Source: Neocallimastix sp. 'constans'
Lineage: Eukaryota
Assembly: GCA_050613775.1 (NCBI GenBank)
Contig: JBODTK010000100.1
Span: forward strand, 62,001-126,000
DNA: 64,000 bases
Reading direction: 5' to 3'
A program made the translations under genes and the position numbers. Of this stretch, positions 43,308-56,888 are shown one piece after another. How positions within the stretch are numbered: the first letter of the stretch is position 1; each line of letters starts with the position of its first letter. The notes beneath the pieces were generated by a model. The model worked only from the letters and a program-made list of their open reading frames with translations. It was not told the origin of the DNA and searched no databases.

Positions 43308-43595
43308 TTTTTTCAAAATTTATATAATTTGTTTGAGTAAAAATTTGAATATATTACTTTTTAATATTTTTATTTATGATTTTAATAGAAATATATATAC
43401 AAAAAAAAAATTTTTTTTTTTTACATAAATAAATAATAATAATAAAAAAAAAAAAAGAATAGGTATTAATAATCTGTATAAATTTTCAAAATTAAATTGA
43501 AATAAAAACTTTAATAATAGATTTTTTTTTTTAAGTTTAACTTTTTTTTTTTTTTTTTTTTCTTTTAAAAGAAAAAAGAAAAACTTTAATAATCA

Positions 43596-43629
<34 letters not shown>

Positions 43630-43739
43630 ATTTTTTTTTTTATAATAGAAAAATAAATAATTGCAAAGAATTTTAAAGTTATAATCATTAAATTTCTATA
43701 ATGAAAATTTTTAATGATGAGAAAATTCAAATATATAAA

Positions 43740-43789
<50 letters not shown>

Positions 43790-43806
43790 AGAAAGTAGGC
43801 AAAATA

Positions 43807-43871
<65 letters not shown>

Positions 43872-44102
43872 TAAAATATTAAAAAGGAAAAAGTTGCATA
43901 ACTTTTCTGGATTTTTTTTTTTTTTTGTGCTGATTATTAATAAAAAAAAAATTAATATTTATCTATTTATCTTGGAAATGAATTAAAAATAGCCTAATAG
44001 TGAAAATTAAATTATTTATTTATTTTTAAAATTAATAAAAATAAAAATAAATAAATAAATAAATAGATTTATACATTTAAATTATTTATTATTTTTAAAT
44101 AA

Positions 44103-44143
<41 letters not shown>

Positions 44144-44357
44144 CTTTTTCTTTTTTTTATTATAAAGTTTTTATATACATATCAATAGTATTCTTTATTT
44201 TTATTATTAATATTATTATTTATATATTTATTTATTTATTTATATAAATATATTTTATTAATATTTTTTTTTATCATAATTAATATAATACGATCATATA
44301 ATTTTATATTGTTAAAAAAAAAAAAAAAAAAAAAAGAAAAAAAAATTTTTTTTTTCT

Positions 44358-44480
44358 TTAGTAAGAGGTGGTAGTAAGTTTATAAACTTTAGCTCCATTT
44401 TTAATTAAATAGCCTTGAGTATTTAGGGTATCAATAAAGTCATTAAAATTACCTTCAACTCCCATTTCTATTGATTAAAT

Positions 44481-44521
<41 letters not shown>

Positions 44522-44608
44522 CAAAATAATAATAATAATAATAATAAAATATAAATAATATAAAAATAAATTAATATAATATATATATATAATTGTACTA
44601 ACATATAA

Positions 44609-44650
<42 letters not shown>

Positions 44651-44959
44651 TTATTATATTAAAATATTAATTATTTCATTTAATTAATGATATGATATAA
44701 TTGATTATATAAATATATACTTACTTTTTCCTAAATCAACTAATTGTTGAAAAGTAAATAAATTATTTCTATTCATTTCAGCTAACTTTTCAAGTTGTTG
44801 TATAAATCTTGATGAATATATTAAAATAAATATTTATATATATATAATAAAAAAAATTGAAAAAAAAAAATTTTTTTATATGTTAGTACAATTATATATA
44901 TATTATATTAATTTATTTTTATATTATTTATATTTACTATTATTATTATTATTATTTTG

Positions 44960-44998
<39 letters not shown>

Positions 44999-45482
44999 TT
45001 GATTATTATTATTATTATTTTGATTATTATTTTGATTATTATCATTATTATTTTGATTATTATTTTGATTATTATTATTATTATTATTATTTATATTTTT
45101 TATTATTTATATTTTTATTTTTAAATTTTTTTTTTATAAAATAATATATTTACTTTTTTGGTTGATTCTTTTTACTCATGCCAGTACCAAGTTGAGATCG
45201 AGTAAAGTCTAAATTACCAAATTCATCAGTAGAAGTTTCAAATAAACTATATTTCATAATTTCAACGACATCTTGAGCATCTTCAGCAGTAACTTTTAAT
45301 CTTAATTCTGCTTTAGCTCTAGCCTCAGCTAAACGAGTCATGGATTCCAATTGACGTGTAGTAATAGGGGTATTATCAATAGAACGATATTTAGATCTAA
45401 GTAATAAATAAAAATCACGAATAACATTTTTGGCTTCTTTTGTAAATCTAATATAAAAAATAAAATAAAAAAATACATAAAT

Positions 45483-45534
<52 letters not shown>

Positions 45535-45555
45535 TTAATATTAGATATATATATA

Positions 45556-45594
<39 letters not shown>

Positions 45595-45787
45595 CATTTT
45601 TATTTTATTTTTATTTTTATTTTATTTTTATTTTTTTTTTATTTATTTATTTATTTTTTTTTTTTTTTTTTTTTATTTTATTTTTTTTATTTTCTTTTTT
45701 ATTTATTTTTTATTTTATTTTATATTATTTTTTTTTTATATATTATAAATAATTCTATATATTATTTTTATATATTATTACTTTAGG

Positions 45788-45846
<59 letters not shown>

Positions 45847-46252
45847 TACACTGGTTCAACATATTCTCTAGCATAAGCAATATATTTTCTTAAAAGTTTA
45901 GGAGGAATTAAATCAACTTCAGAAAAATCTTTAATTTTTAACCTTTCTTCTAATGTATCACTTCCTTCTTTTTGATCGAGTAAATCTTTAATATATAAAT
46001 ATATATTTAGAAATTATTTATTTTTTTTTTTTTTTTTTTTTTTTAAATAAAAAAAAAATAATAATAATAATAATAATTTTAATAATGTTATCAAATAAGT
46101 TATGATATTTATATATATATATTAATTAATTAAATAATAAAAATTATTTTTGTTTTTTTTTTAAAAAAAAAAAAAAAAAAAAAAATTACTATTATTCATA
46201 GCTAAATTATTCATTTCATTATTATCTGCCATGCCAGAATGAAGCTATTTTA

Positions 46253-46300
<48 letters not shown>

Positions 46301-46379
46301 TTAATATATATATATATTAGATTTATTAATTTATTATATTGATAATATTGATAATAAAAATAATAAAAACATTTACTTA

Positions 46380-46414
<35 letters not shown>

Positions 46415-46634
46415 TTTTTATTTTTTTTTTTCATTTTACCTTCATAACATGTTCAGAAAGAAAAGCATCCATATTTTTATCAGGTTTATCTAATAAAATA
46501 AAAATTAAATCAAATCTTGATAAAAGAGCAGGATTCATTTTCAAATTATCGGATACTGTTTTTCCCTTACTAAAAAATAAAATAAAATAAAATAAAATAA
46601 AATTAGAAATTTTTTATTTATTTATTATATATGA

Positions 46635-46674
<40 letters not shown>

Positions 46675-46701
46675 TTAATTCTATTATTAAATTTATTTTT
46701 C

Positions 46702-46742
<41 letters not shown>

Positions 46743-46796
46743 TTTATTTAGAATTTTTTTTTTCTATTTAGATTTATATTTTTTTTTATTTATATT

Positions 46797-46827
<31 letters not shown>

Positions 46828-47546
46828 TTATCTTTTTTATTTATCTTTTTTTATTTATATTTTATATTTATATATTTTTTTTATTTATATTTTATATTTT
46901 ATATTTTATATTTTATATTTACTCATAATGTCCACCAACTGGATTTGCCGCAGCAATCACACTGGTTCTTGCTGGTAAGGTACAAACAATACCTGCTTTT
47001 GCAACACTCACTGATCGTTGTTCCATAGCTTCAAGCAAGGCTTGATGTTCATTCATTTTATCAAATTCATCAATACAACAACAACCTTGATCTCCTAAAA
47101 CTAAAGCCCCAGCTTCTAAAGCAAATCCACCAGTAGAACCATCCTTATATACCGTAACTGTTAAACCACTAGTAGTAGCCGTATTACCACAGACATATAC
47201 ACCTCTTGGAGCAACTTGTACTGTCGCTCTTAACATTTGAGATTTACCAAGACCAGGATCACCTTTTTATTTTAATAAAAAATAAAAATAAAAAAAAAAA
47301 AAAAAAAAAAAATAAAAATAAAAATAAAAATAAGATATTTATTAAATAACAAATAACAAATATATATATATATATATAATATTTAATTATATTAAATTAT
47401 ATTTTAAATATTTAATAAAAAATATATAAATTTATAAATAGGAAACAAATATATATATAATATTTAATTATAATAATAAATAATATAAAATGATTATATA
47501 TATATGTGTGTATATATTATAATTCAATAATAATTAACAAATAGGG

Positions 47547-47579
<33 letters not shown>

Positions 47580-48211
47580 ATACCAACAATCAATATATGT
47601 GGTTCAGATCTCATTGATATTTTATTTTTACTTTCATATTCTTTTTTACTACCACCAAACAATGTCAGTAATAAACCAGCTAATAATAATAAAAAAAAAA
47701 AAATTAAAAAAAAAAAAAAAAAATAAATAAAAATATAAAAATAAATAAATATATATATATATATATATATAATCATGACAATTATTATTTATTAACAAAT
47801 TTAAATTTAAATTAAACTTTTTTTTTTTTTTTTTATTCTATACCTTTAACTAATTCATGTCCAAAGATACCGGGACATAAAGATCCTACAATTAATCTGA
47901 ACAGATTAGGTTGTTGATGAATATCTTGTATAGCATACATATCTTTTGCTGAAAATTGAATATCTTCTTTTTCAAAACCGATATCATTTTTATCAATATT
48001 ATCAGATGCAATTTTTCCAGATTTTCTCATTGAATTAACATCAATATAAAGAGTATACATTGATCCTTTTTTAATCTTACCTAATATAATTAGAAGAAAA
48101 AAAAAATAAAAATAAAAATAAAAATAAAATATTTATATATTATTATTATTATTATTATGATGATGATGATGATATATATATATATTAAATATAAATATTA
48201 ATATATATTTA

Positions 48212-48244
<33 letters not shown>

Positions 48245-48349
48245 TTAAATAAATAAATATTAAATATTAAGTATTAAATATTTACATTATTATAAATATA
48301 TATAAAAATATTTATGTTTTTATTATTATTTTAATTTTTTAATTTTCTT

Positions 48350-48385
<36 letters not shown>

Positions 48386-50169
48386 TTCATTTGATGAATG
48401 AACCTTTACTACTCCTGTAACCGTAACAATATCACCCGGAATAACATAATCAATTAAATCTTGAACTACTTCACATTCTATAATTCTTGGAATTCTTTCA
48501 GAATCAAATTGATCATCCGAAAGAGACTCTTGAATTCTTATTTTTTGCATATCAATAGTAGAGGTATCGCCACGTTTGACACCTCTCTCAGGGTTGAACA
48601 TTTTACTTTTACATCCAGCAATAACACATTTGGTGGGAACTCTATATTTACCATTTATAAATTTTATAGTTTGAATAGCTTGACATGAAGCACATATGAA
48701 TGACATTTGAGTTGCTAATGGTGTTACTGATGATATTCTAACAACGGTTCCTTTTATTGTTACAAATTTATCTAATTTTTTTTTTTTTTTTTTTTAAAAA
48801 AATAAAAATAAAAGTAAATATAAATATAAATATAAATATAAAAATAAATATAAAATATAAAATATAAATATAAATATAAATATAAAATATAAATATAAAT
48901 ATAAATACATGTTAATTACATAAAAAATAATTATAAATAATATTAATTAATAATAATAATAATCTAAATGATTAAAGAATAATAATACTATTATTATTAT
49001 TATTATATTATTATTATTATTATATTATTATTATTATTATTATAACTTTTTTTCTTTTTTTTTTTTAATATTTTCAAAAAAAAAATAAAAATTTTAATAA
49101 AATAAAAATTTAAAATGTATAATATTAAGTTAGGGAAAGGTAGGTCACCCCCTATCATAAAATATGAACTTACTCATATAATTAGCTTTAATATTTTTTA
49201 AGGAAGTAATAGGTTCATAGTTTTGAATACGAACATATAATTTGGGCCATGGTTTAATACCCTTAATAGTATAATTAAGTTCATTCCCATAAATTACCTA
49301 AAAAATTAAAATAAAATAAATATAAAAATATAATAAAAAAATAAAAAATAAATATATAAAAATAAAAAATAAATAAATTATTATAATCATAATAATTATG
49401 ATGTATATTATAATATGAGTTTGGTGAGTGTGCTAATATGTATGTATATGCTATTGGTATTAACACATACATACATACATATATTTATATATTTATATAC
49501 CTCACTAAGAGCAAGCCCTAAACAATTTAATAAATCTTCTGGTTGATTTTTTAATAGATTTTGAAATTCAGTAGGATCTTCCGAATTAAAAACTTCTGCT
49601 AAATATTGATATTCTATTGAAATAAAACCATTTTCTTTGACTCTTTCCTTTAATATTAGAAATTTTAATATTTTAAATATATTATAAAGATAAGAAATAT
49701 GATATATAGCAATTAATATATTTGAAAGTGAAATTGATAATAATAACATTTATAAAAATAATATAATAATTGTTAATTTTTTTTTATTATTTTTTTATTT
49801 TTTTTTTTTTTATAGAAAAAAAACTAAACATTAAACATGATTTTTTTTTTACTTTTGAATTGGCATCGGGGTATTCATTTTTAAATAAATTCATAAATTT
49901 ATTAATAGCTGGTATAAAGTCATGGTCCTCTCTATATTCTAATTCAATAAATAAAAATTAAGAATAACATTATATAGATATCAATAAAATTAATAACTCT
50001 AATTAAATATATATATAAAGAAATTTATTTTATTTTATTTTAATTTAATTTAGAATCCTTTTATATTATATATAATGAAATGCAAAGAAATTTTCAAATT
50101 TTTAAATTTCAAATTTCAAATTTTAAATTTCAAATTTCAGAATTTTAAATTTTTAATTCTTTTATACTA

Positions 50170-50215
<46 letters not shown>

Positions 50216-50555
50216 CTTCACAGAAATAAGTATCCCAAAAATGAAATGGGTTATTCATATAGGCGTAACGACCACGAAAACGATTCTCGTTATCGTCGTC
50301 TTCATCCCCATGATAGTTATTGTAGTTTACAGGGTTGGAACCGTTACTTCGAATAATATTATTATCACTATAATTATTTTGGCTATTGTGAGGATAGTCG
50401 TTATCGTCATCTTCGTTTGAATATAAGGGTACAAAATTATTATCACTCACGGATGCTCCAGATATTTCTCTAGCATTCTTTTTTGTAAAATAATTTCCTC
50501 TAAAACGTTTTTTTGTATGTTTATAAGGATTAAAATTTGGATTTCCACGAGGCAT
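44358..50555 (-). CDS. MCM8: DNA helicase MCM8 (multi-exon)
   Basis: WDTYF N-terminal motif, zinc finger CASC...[27 protein letters not shown], Walker [76 protein letters not shown], and a C-terminal LNTQGYLIK winged helix. Stop codon at 44358-44360. Confidence 0.9.
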
Positions 50556-51766
50556 TTTTTTTTTTTTTTTTTTTTTTTTATAAAAAAAAAATAAAATTTA
50601 AAAATATTAAATTTTGCAATAAATATATGTAAGATAAAAAAATTTCTTTTTTTTTTTTTTCTTTTTTTCCTCAAAAATTTATGTAATTAATTTGAATTAT
50701 TTATATTTTGTATATATATATATATAATTTCTTCGGATTGGTAATAATGAGATAATAAAAATATGTGTTATATGAATTAAATTTAAATTAGGTTAAATTA
50801 TGATGTAGATTACAAGTTCACTTTATAATTAAAATTTATTATAAGAAAATAATAAATAAATAAAAAAAAAAGATATAAATAAAAATATTTACAAAAATAA
50901 CAATAAATAATAAATAAATTAATAAATAAATAATAAATATTTATATATGTTTTCTATATTTATTTATTTTTTTTTATTCCTTTTTTTTTTTTTTAAAAAA
51001 AAATAATAATAATAAATTATTAAAAAGGAATAAAAAAAAATAAAAAAAATAAAAAAGAGGAATAAAATATAAAAAAATAAAAATAAAAATTGCGAAGCAA
51101 TTATTAATTAAAAAAATATATATAAATATTTATTATATAATATATATATAATATAATATATAATATATATAATAATTATTTTTTCTTTTTTTTTTTTTTC
51201 TTTTTTAATATTATTATTTAAATTTTAATTATAAATGAATTATTAATTATTATTAATAAAAAAAAAATTTTTTTTTTTTTAATTTTAAAATGGAGTTGTC
51301 CATCTGCACGTGATTTAAAAAATTTTTTTTAATAAGGAAAAAAAAAAATATAATAAAATAAATCTTTATTTCTTTTAAAAAGATTAAAGGTTAACTTTAT
51401 CCATTGCATTAGCATTTCGATTCCCTTTTTTAATTTGATCCAAATAAAATTATCATTACAAATTTAAAGATGAGTTGAATATTTTCATCAGAAATTGGGA
51501 AATTACTATTTTTTTTTTTTTTTTCATAACTCAATATTTAATTTTTTTCTTTTATATAATTTTTTTTTTTTTTCCTCAATGATATTCATTATTCTTCAGA
51601 TATGGATATTATCGGTGGAGAAAGAATCAAAATATTCTATCTCTGAAATTTTCTTAAGATTAAGATTTTCAACTTCTATATAGTTAATTTTTTTTTTAAT
51701 TTGATGGAGGTACTATTCTCTTTCAACCCTTAATTAAATAGATTCATTAAATCCATATTTTGTGCC

Positions 51767-51797
<31 letters not shown>

Positions 51798-52075
51798 CAT
51801 GAAATAACTTATTTCCAATCTAATTAAATCTTTCATCTCTGTCGTTTTATCAAATCTTTTTTACTTTTACTATTTTCACTAATGGTAGAGTATAGATCTC
51901 CGTTTTATTTTCATTTCGACTCTTTTCACCATCCTCCAATGATAATAATTTAAATACCTATGATAATACTGGAATGGTTTTTCAATTTTTCCAATTTTTT
52001 TCTAATTTTATTTTATTTTTATTTCATTTTTAATTTTTTTTTTAATTTTCATTTTTAATAAAAGATAATTCTTCC

Positions 52076-52112
<37 letters not shown>

Positions 52113-52422
52113 GCTACTACATTTTCCAATGATGGCTTTATCCTTTTCTTTTCCATAATCTAAACTAGTTAGTATTTTTACTACTGTAATGGTAGTGATT
52201 ATACATTTTTTTTTCTTTTTCCAAAGTGAATGATATTGTATTTCGTCTTTAAGATCTTTTCTTTAATCATTTTAATATAGAATTTAAATACATGAGCTGA
52301 AAAGTAATCCATGGTATTTGCTCAAAGTTTTAAAGTTTAACAAGTTAAATTTTTTCTTTAAAAAATAAAATAAAAAAAAAACAAAAAAAAAAAAAGAGAG
52401 ACTTTTGAGTCCTCATTATTGA

Positions 52423-52521
52423 TTTTCTTAACCAAAGATATGCCTAACTCATAATGCTACTAAATACTTTAAATACTCAGAAAAAAAATTTATGTTCCTC
52501 CAATTAGAAAATATATACAGG

Positions 52522-52527
<6 letters not shown>
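52423..52527 (+). repeat. Left copy of the 105-bp direct repeat (putative target-site duplication)
   Basis: TTTTCTTAACCAAAGATATGCC...TATACAGGTATTAA; abuts the poly(T) run. Confidence 0.92.
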
Positions 52528-52569
<42 letters not shown>

Positions 52570-52724
52570 CAGGGAAGAGAATACACTTCCAAAAACTTTA
52601 TTAAATTTTATTTTAAAAAATACATGTAGGTGAAAAGTACATTAGAAATTAAAAATAAAAAATTAAAAAATAAAAAATAAAAAATAAAAAAGCTCGAAAA
52701 TACTATGTATTTCGGCAAGTTGTA

Positions 52725-55700
52725 CTATGCGGGAATTTTACCCTTCCTATCAAATAAAAAAGAAATAAAATTTAGAAGTAACATCCTTAAAATAGATAGT
52801 GTGGTGTCCACTAAACTCTCCCCGGATTCATCATTTATTGAGCTACTAGGGCGAGAATCACCCTTCGTAGTAATAGATGATAATCCTGTATTTTCATTAT
52901 GCCTTATCAGTACGACGTCGACGCTCTTGGTTAAGTTTGATATTTTGCAATACCTATCAAATAATAGCTCAAACGAACTACTTATGATAGGTATTGCATT
53001 TGTTAAGAATTCCGCCAAGCCCACAATTTTTGGAACAGGTGACTCAGATGAACCTTTGAAAAGTAGTTCATTTAAATGTCTCTGTTCCCCACTATCGAAA
53101 TGTAGTTCATTTAAAACTAAAGTCCCACCAAGAAGGAACAAGTATATATAATGATTGATATAATCTTCAAAATCAGAAATAGAGTCATAGGAAGAAAGAG
53201 GATTAAACGCTCTAATCTTCCTAAGGAATAAAACATAGAGATCATCGATGAAATTTAAAGAATTCCATCTAAAAGATGCAAGAGCATCGCATTTAAAAAT
53301 CCAATGTTCAAAAGATTGATTACCTTCACCACAACATGGGCAGGACTTTGGACAATCTTCTGAAACTCTACCCATTCTAATAGCAATAGTAGTATTGTAT
53401 TTATAACCACAGCGTAAACGTATAATCCACGAAAATCCTAAGTTGAATTGGGGATATTTTAAGCTAAGCATTATTATAGCTTTATTGTTTGAGAACTTGT
53501 TACTATCGTAGTTTTGACCTTTAATACCTTGAAATCTGGAAACTGATTTCCAGTAACGTTCTATAATATCGTCATATTTTACACATTTATATTTTTTGAT
53601 TTTTTTATATAGTGTTCTAGATTCTTTAGTCCAGGAATAATAAGGCATTTTGGGAATAGATTTAATAAGATCCTTTATGATACAGTTTGATTTACTCCAT
53701 TTTGCAAATGATTTAATCTGTAAGGCTGCGCAGATACCAGCAATAGGAGGGATGCTTAGATCTCGAGATAAAGCATAAGTACTCATTGTTGAATTATGTC
53801 TAATATAGTCATTGTTTTCTGTATTTGTTTTACCATTTTTAGAGAAGGAACCGATACACCAAAATAGACCAGTATTAATTAATGTTTGAATTCTAGCCGT
53901 TCTAGATTTGTTTGAACCAAGTAAAGGAGAATAATAAATTACTTTACTAATAACAAAGGATTGAAGAACTTTTTTCTTGTATACAATAGGAATAAGTTTA
54001 TTTGAAAAGAAACGTGTAAATGAAAGAAGGGATTTTCTAACTTTAAAATGCATGTGAGATATAATGTGTTCTAGTAGGAGATCATCTGAAAAAGGAATAC
54101 CAAGATAGACATAACTAGAAACTTTAGGAATATCATTCTTTCCTAAATAGAAGGTTGGATCACTATAGTTTGGAGGAGGTTGGAAGTTCATTGGTTTTAT
54201 AACCATAGTTGCACACTTTTCAATACCAAAAGTCATTTCATTTAAATTAGCCCATTTATGTACCTTTTTTAATAATTTTTCTAAATTTTTTGCACTTGGA
54301 GCAATGAGAACAACATCATCAGCAAAGAGTCCACCACAACACTTTTTTCTTCCAACATTAACACCATACTTTTCACAGTCATTTAGTATATCATTGATGA
54401 ATAAATTGAATAAGATTGGAGATAAAGGACAACCTTGACGAACACCTCTTTTAATAGGAAATTCATTTGATAACATTGAAGCAAATCGAGCACGTGCTTT
54501 AGATGAAGTATATAAATTACAAAGAAAATCAAAACATTTACCGCGTACTCCGTAGTGATATAATTTAGTAAGAATGTTAAAAATAGGAACTGAATCATAA
54601 GCTTTTTTAAGATCTAAAAAGGCTAAATATGTGAATTTTCCTTGGAATTTTCTTCTTTGACAAATTTCTCTAACGGAAATGAATAAACTAATGCATTCTT
54701 CGCGGTTGCGAAATCCAAATTGTTCAGGTCTAATGAAATTGTGTGAGAGTGCGTAAGTAGATATTCTATCTGTTATAATTTTTGAAATGATTTTTAGTCC
54801 AACGTTAATGAGAGAAATACCTCGATAATTACTACAATCTGATAGGTCACCCTTCTTAGGAATTGATACAATAGAAGCTGAGTTCCATTTTTTAGGAAAT
54901 GACCCATTCCATATTTTATTAAATATCAATTTTAGACACTTTCCAGCAGCAGGATGTGATTCTAGTAATTCTTCGTTACAAAAAAGAGCTTTGTAGAATT
55001 CAATCGGAATACCATCGGGGCCGGGTGCTTTGTTATTTTTCATCGATGAAATAGTTTTTTTAATATCTTCAATCGTAATAGGACCATTTATATTCCAGGT
55101 AGTGGATCTAAGACTAATATTCCTTAAAGCATGATTCCAGTAATTACGATTAAGGCTGTGACCTGAGGGATCCGAAGCAAGATCTTTATAATATTCAGCC
55201 CATCTATCTAATTGCTTTGAAGGAGAGATAATATCTTGACCAAACTTAGATTTAATGCAAGTAAGGGAGGTAGATGAATATGATGGTTTAGCCATTTTCT
55301 TTAAACATCTCCAACCATTTTTGAAATCTTTATTCAAAAAATAATTACCTATTTTTACTATATTAGCCTTAAATCTAGCAGAACGAAATTTACTCTTAGT
55401 TTTCTTGATTAATTTGCAAAGTTTTTCATATTTATTAAATTGTTCAAGGTAATTATCAACATTTTCACAATTAAAGTAAGGCTTAATATTCCGAAATGCA
55501 ATATGTTTTTCATGAGATAGTTTTTTAATGTAATAAGGACAATGAAAAGCAGAGCCCTTTAAATTTGTTGGAATAAAAGCCTTAATATCTTTCCCGATAT
55601 TATTTGCTGTATTGATAAATTTTTCTACCATTTCATCAGCCGTAAGCGAATTGTAATGAGAATCAAGGTCATTTTCTAGGATTGAAAAATAATTATGTGA

Positions 55701-56888
55701 TAAAATATCTGAATTTTTTGTTTTACAAATATGAGTTGACCATTTAGAAACTTTAATAGGCCTTATAAAACCATCGGAGAGAACTTTGTTGCAAGAAAGT
55801 AAAATAGGTTTATGATCAGAAATACCATAAAACGAAGTACAAACCGAGGTTTTATTAATATGGGATGCCAAAGCCTCATTATAGATGACATGATCAATGC
55901 AAGATGATCTAGTACCTTTAGCATATGTAAATTGATTACCATATAAAGGAGCAATATACCAATTAGGAAAATTATTTGAAATGTATGTTTTGATCTTCTT
56001 TAATGACATGTTAAAGTCACCAACTAGGACAGCCGGAACATTTTTTCTATTGTGAAAACGTAACCATTGAGAGAGTTCATCAAAAGCAACTAGTCTTGCT
56101 TCCTTCCATTTGCTTTGAGGGAAGTAGATATTACCAATAGTACATTTTTGATTCCAAAAAGAAGTAATATTAACTGAAATGATATATTTGTATAAAAACG
56201 GTTCTTGGAAGAAAGAGCACGAAGAATGAACACCAATAAAGAGTCCTCTCATACCAGGGGTTTTAGGATTAGCTTTAAGGAAAACTGAGTTGTAATATGG
56301 AATTAAAGGTGATGAAACATCTTTTGGTAGATATTTACTTTTTCCAGTTTCTTGTAGACAGATACATATAGGTTTAAAAGTAGAGTTGAGATACAAAATA
56401 CTATCTCGCTTTTCAGTATTCCAACCGTTAATATTCCAACTAACACAGAGATTAAAGAAAGAAGAATTTGAATTTAGATGGCTAGAGAAAAAATCTTTTG
56501 CCATAGGATTAAGTTCAACATCAATGTTTTTAGATTTCCTCGACTTGTTCATTTGATTCAGTTTATTACACAAGGACCAGGTAATTTTAGCTGTTTCAGG
56601 AATTTCATCTCTTAAGAAATTTAAAACATAGAAAAAGATGAGATCATTTTTGTATTTATTAACCCTAATAATGAAGTATGAGCCATACCTTGGAGAAAAA
56701 AGTTTTTTAACATATGGAATAATTTCATTGTAGTAAGGGATCTTACTAATAACTTGTGCCATTAGTTTTCTAGGGGACCAAGAATTAAGGTCATGAATGA
56801 AAATAAGGCTATAATTATTCATATGATTTCCGAAGCAGTAGAAACCACGATGGAAGGGAGTAGTGTTAACAGAACTAGAAGCATCCAT
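52725..56888 (-). CDS. Retrotransposon polyprotein: AP endonuclease, reverse transcriptase and C-terminal CCHC zinc knuckle
   Basis: APE motifs SWNING, CLQET, NIYFP, VGDFN, IDHV, SDHKP. RT motifs PGPDGIP, YRGISL, QFGFR, FLDLKKAYDSV, GVRQGCPLSPILFN, LFADD, YLGIPF. Knuckle CPCCGEGNQSFEHWIFKC. No stops or introns. Confidence 0.97.
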   Translation of the reverse strand: MDASSSVNTTPFHRGFYCFGNHMNNYSLIFIHDLNSWSPRKLMAQVISKIPYYNEIIPYVKKLFSPRYGSYFIIRVNKYKNDLIFFYVLNFLRDEIPETAKITWSLCNKLNQMNKSRKSKNIDVELNPMAKDFFSSHLNSNSSFFNLCVSWNINGWNTEKRDSILYLNSTFKPICICLQETGKSKYLPKDVSSPLIPYYNSVFLKANPKTPGMRGLFIGVHSSCSFFQEPFLYKYIISVNITSFWNQKCTIGNIYFPQSKWKEARLVAFDELSQWLRFHNRKNVPAVLVGDFNMSLKKIKTYISNNFPNWYIAPLYGNQFTYAKGTRSSCIDHVIYNEALASHINKTSVCTSFYGISDHKPILLSCNKVLSDGFIRPIKVSKWSTHICKTKNSDILSHNYFSILENDLDSHYNSLTADEMVEKFINTANNIGKDIKAFIPTNLKGSAFHCPYYIKKLSHEKHIAFRNIKPYFNCENVDNYLEQFNKYEKLCKLIKKTKSKFRSARFKANIVKIGNYFLNKDFKNGWRCLKKMAKPSYSSTSLTCIKSKFGQDIISPSKQLDRWAEYYKDLASDPSGHSLNRNYWNHALRNISLRSTTWNINGPITIEDIKKTISSMKNNKAPGPDGIPIEFYKALFCNEELLESHPAAGKCLKLIFNKIWNGSFPKKWNSASIVSIPKKGDLSDCSNYRGISLINVGLKIISKIITDRISTYALSHNFIRPEQFGFRNREECISLFISVREICQRRKFQGKFTYLAFLDLKKAYDSVPIFNILTKLYHYGVRGKCFDFLCNLYTSSKARARFASMLSNEFPIKRGVRQGCPLSPILFNLFINDILNDCEKYGVNVGRKKCCGGLFADDVVLIAPSAKNLEKLLKKVHKWANLNEMTFGIEKCATMVIKPMNFQPPPNYSDPTFYLGKNDIPKVSSYVYLGIPFSDDLLLEHIISHMHFKVRKSLLSFTRFFSNKLIPIVYKKKVLQSFVISKVIYYSPLLGSNKSRTARIQTLINTGLFWCIGSFSKNGKTNTENNDYIRHNSTMSTYALSRDLSIPPIAGICAALQIKSFAKWSKSNCIIKDLIKSIPKMPYYSWTKESRTLYKKIKKYKCVKYDDIIERYWKSVSRFQGIKGQNYDSNKFSNNKAIIMLSLKYPQFNLGFSWIIRLRCGYKYNTTIAIRMGRVSEDCPKSCPCCGEGNQSFEHWIFKCDALASFRWNSLNFIDDLYVLFLRKIRAFNPLSSYDSISDFEDYINHYIYLFLLGGTLVLNELHFDSGEQRHLNELLFKGSSESPVPKIVGLAEFLTNAIPIISSSFELLFDRYCKISNLTKSVDVVLIRHNENTGLSSITTKGDSRPSSSINDESGESLVDTTLSILRMLLLNFISFLFDRKGKIPA

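Noticed and set aside
51306..51313. CACGTG E-box upstream of MCM8
   Set aside because: A single hexamer with no supporting evidence.
52705..53151. 148-aa antisense ORF over the LINE 3' end, plus other shadow ORFs (8057, 8375, 20806, 30308, 31805)
   Set aside because: They are opposite-strand or alternative-frame shadows of real CDSs with no independent motifs.
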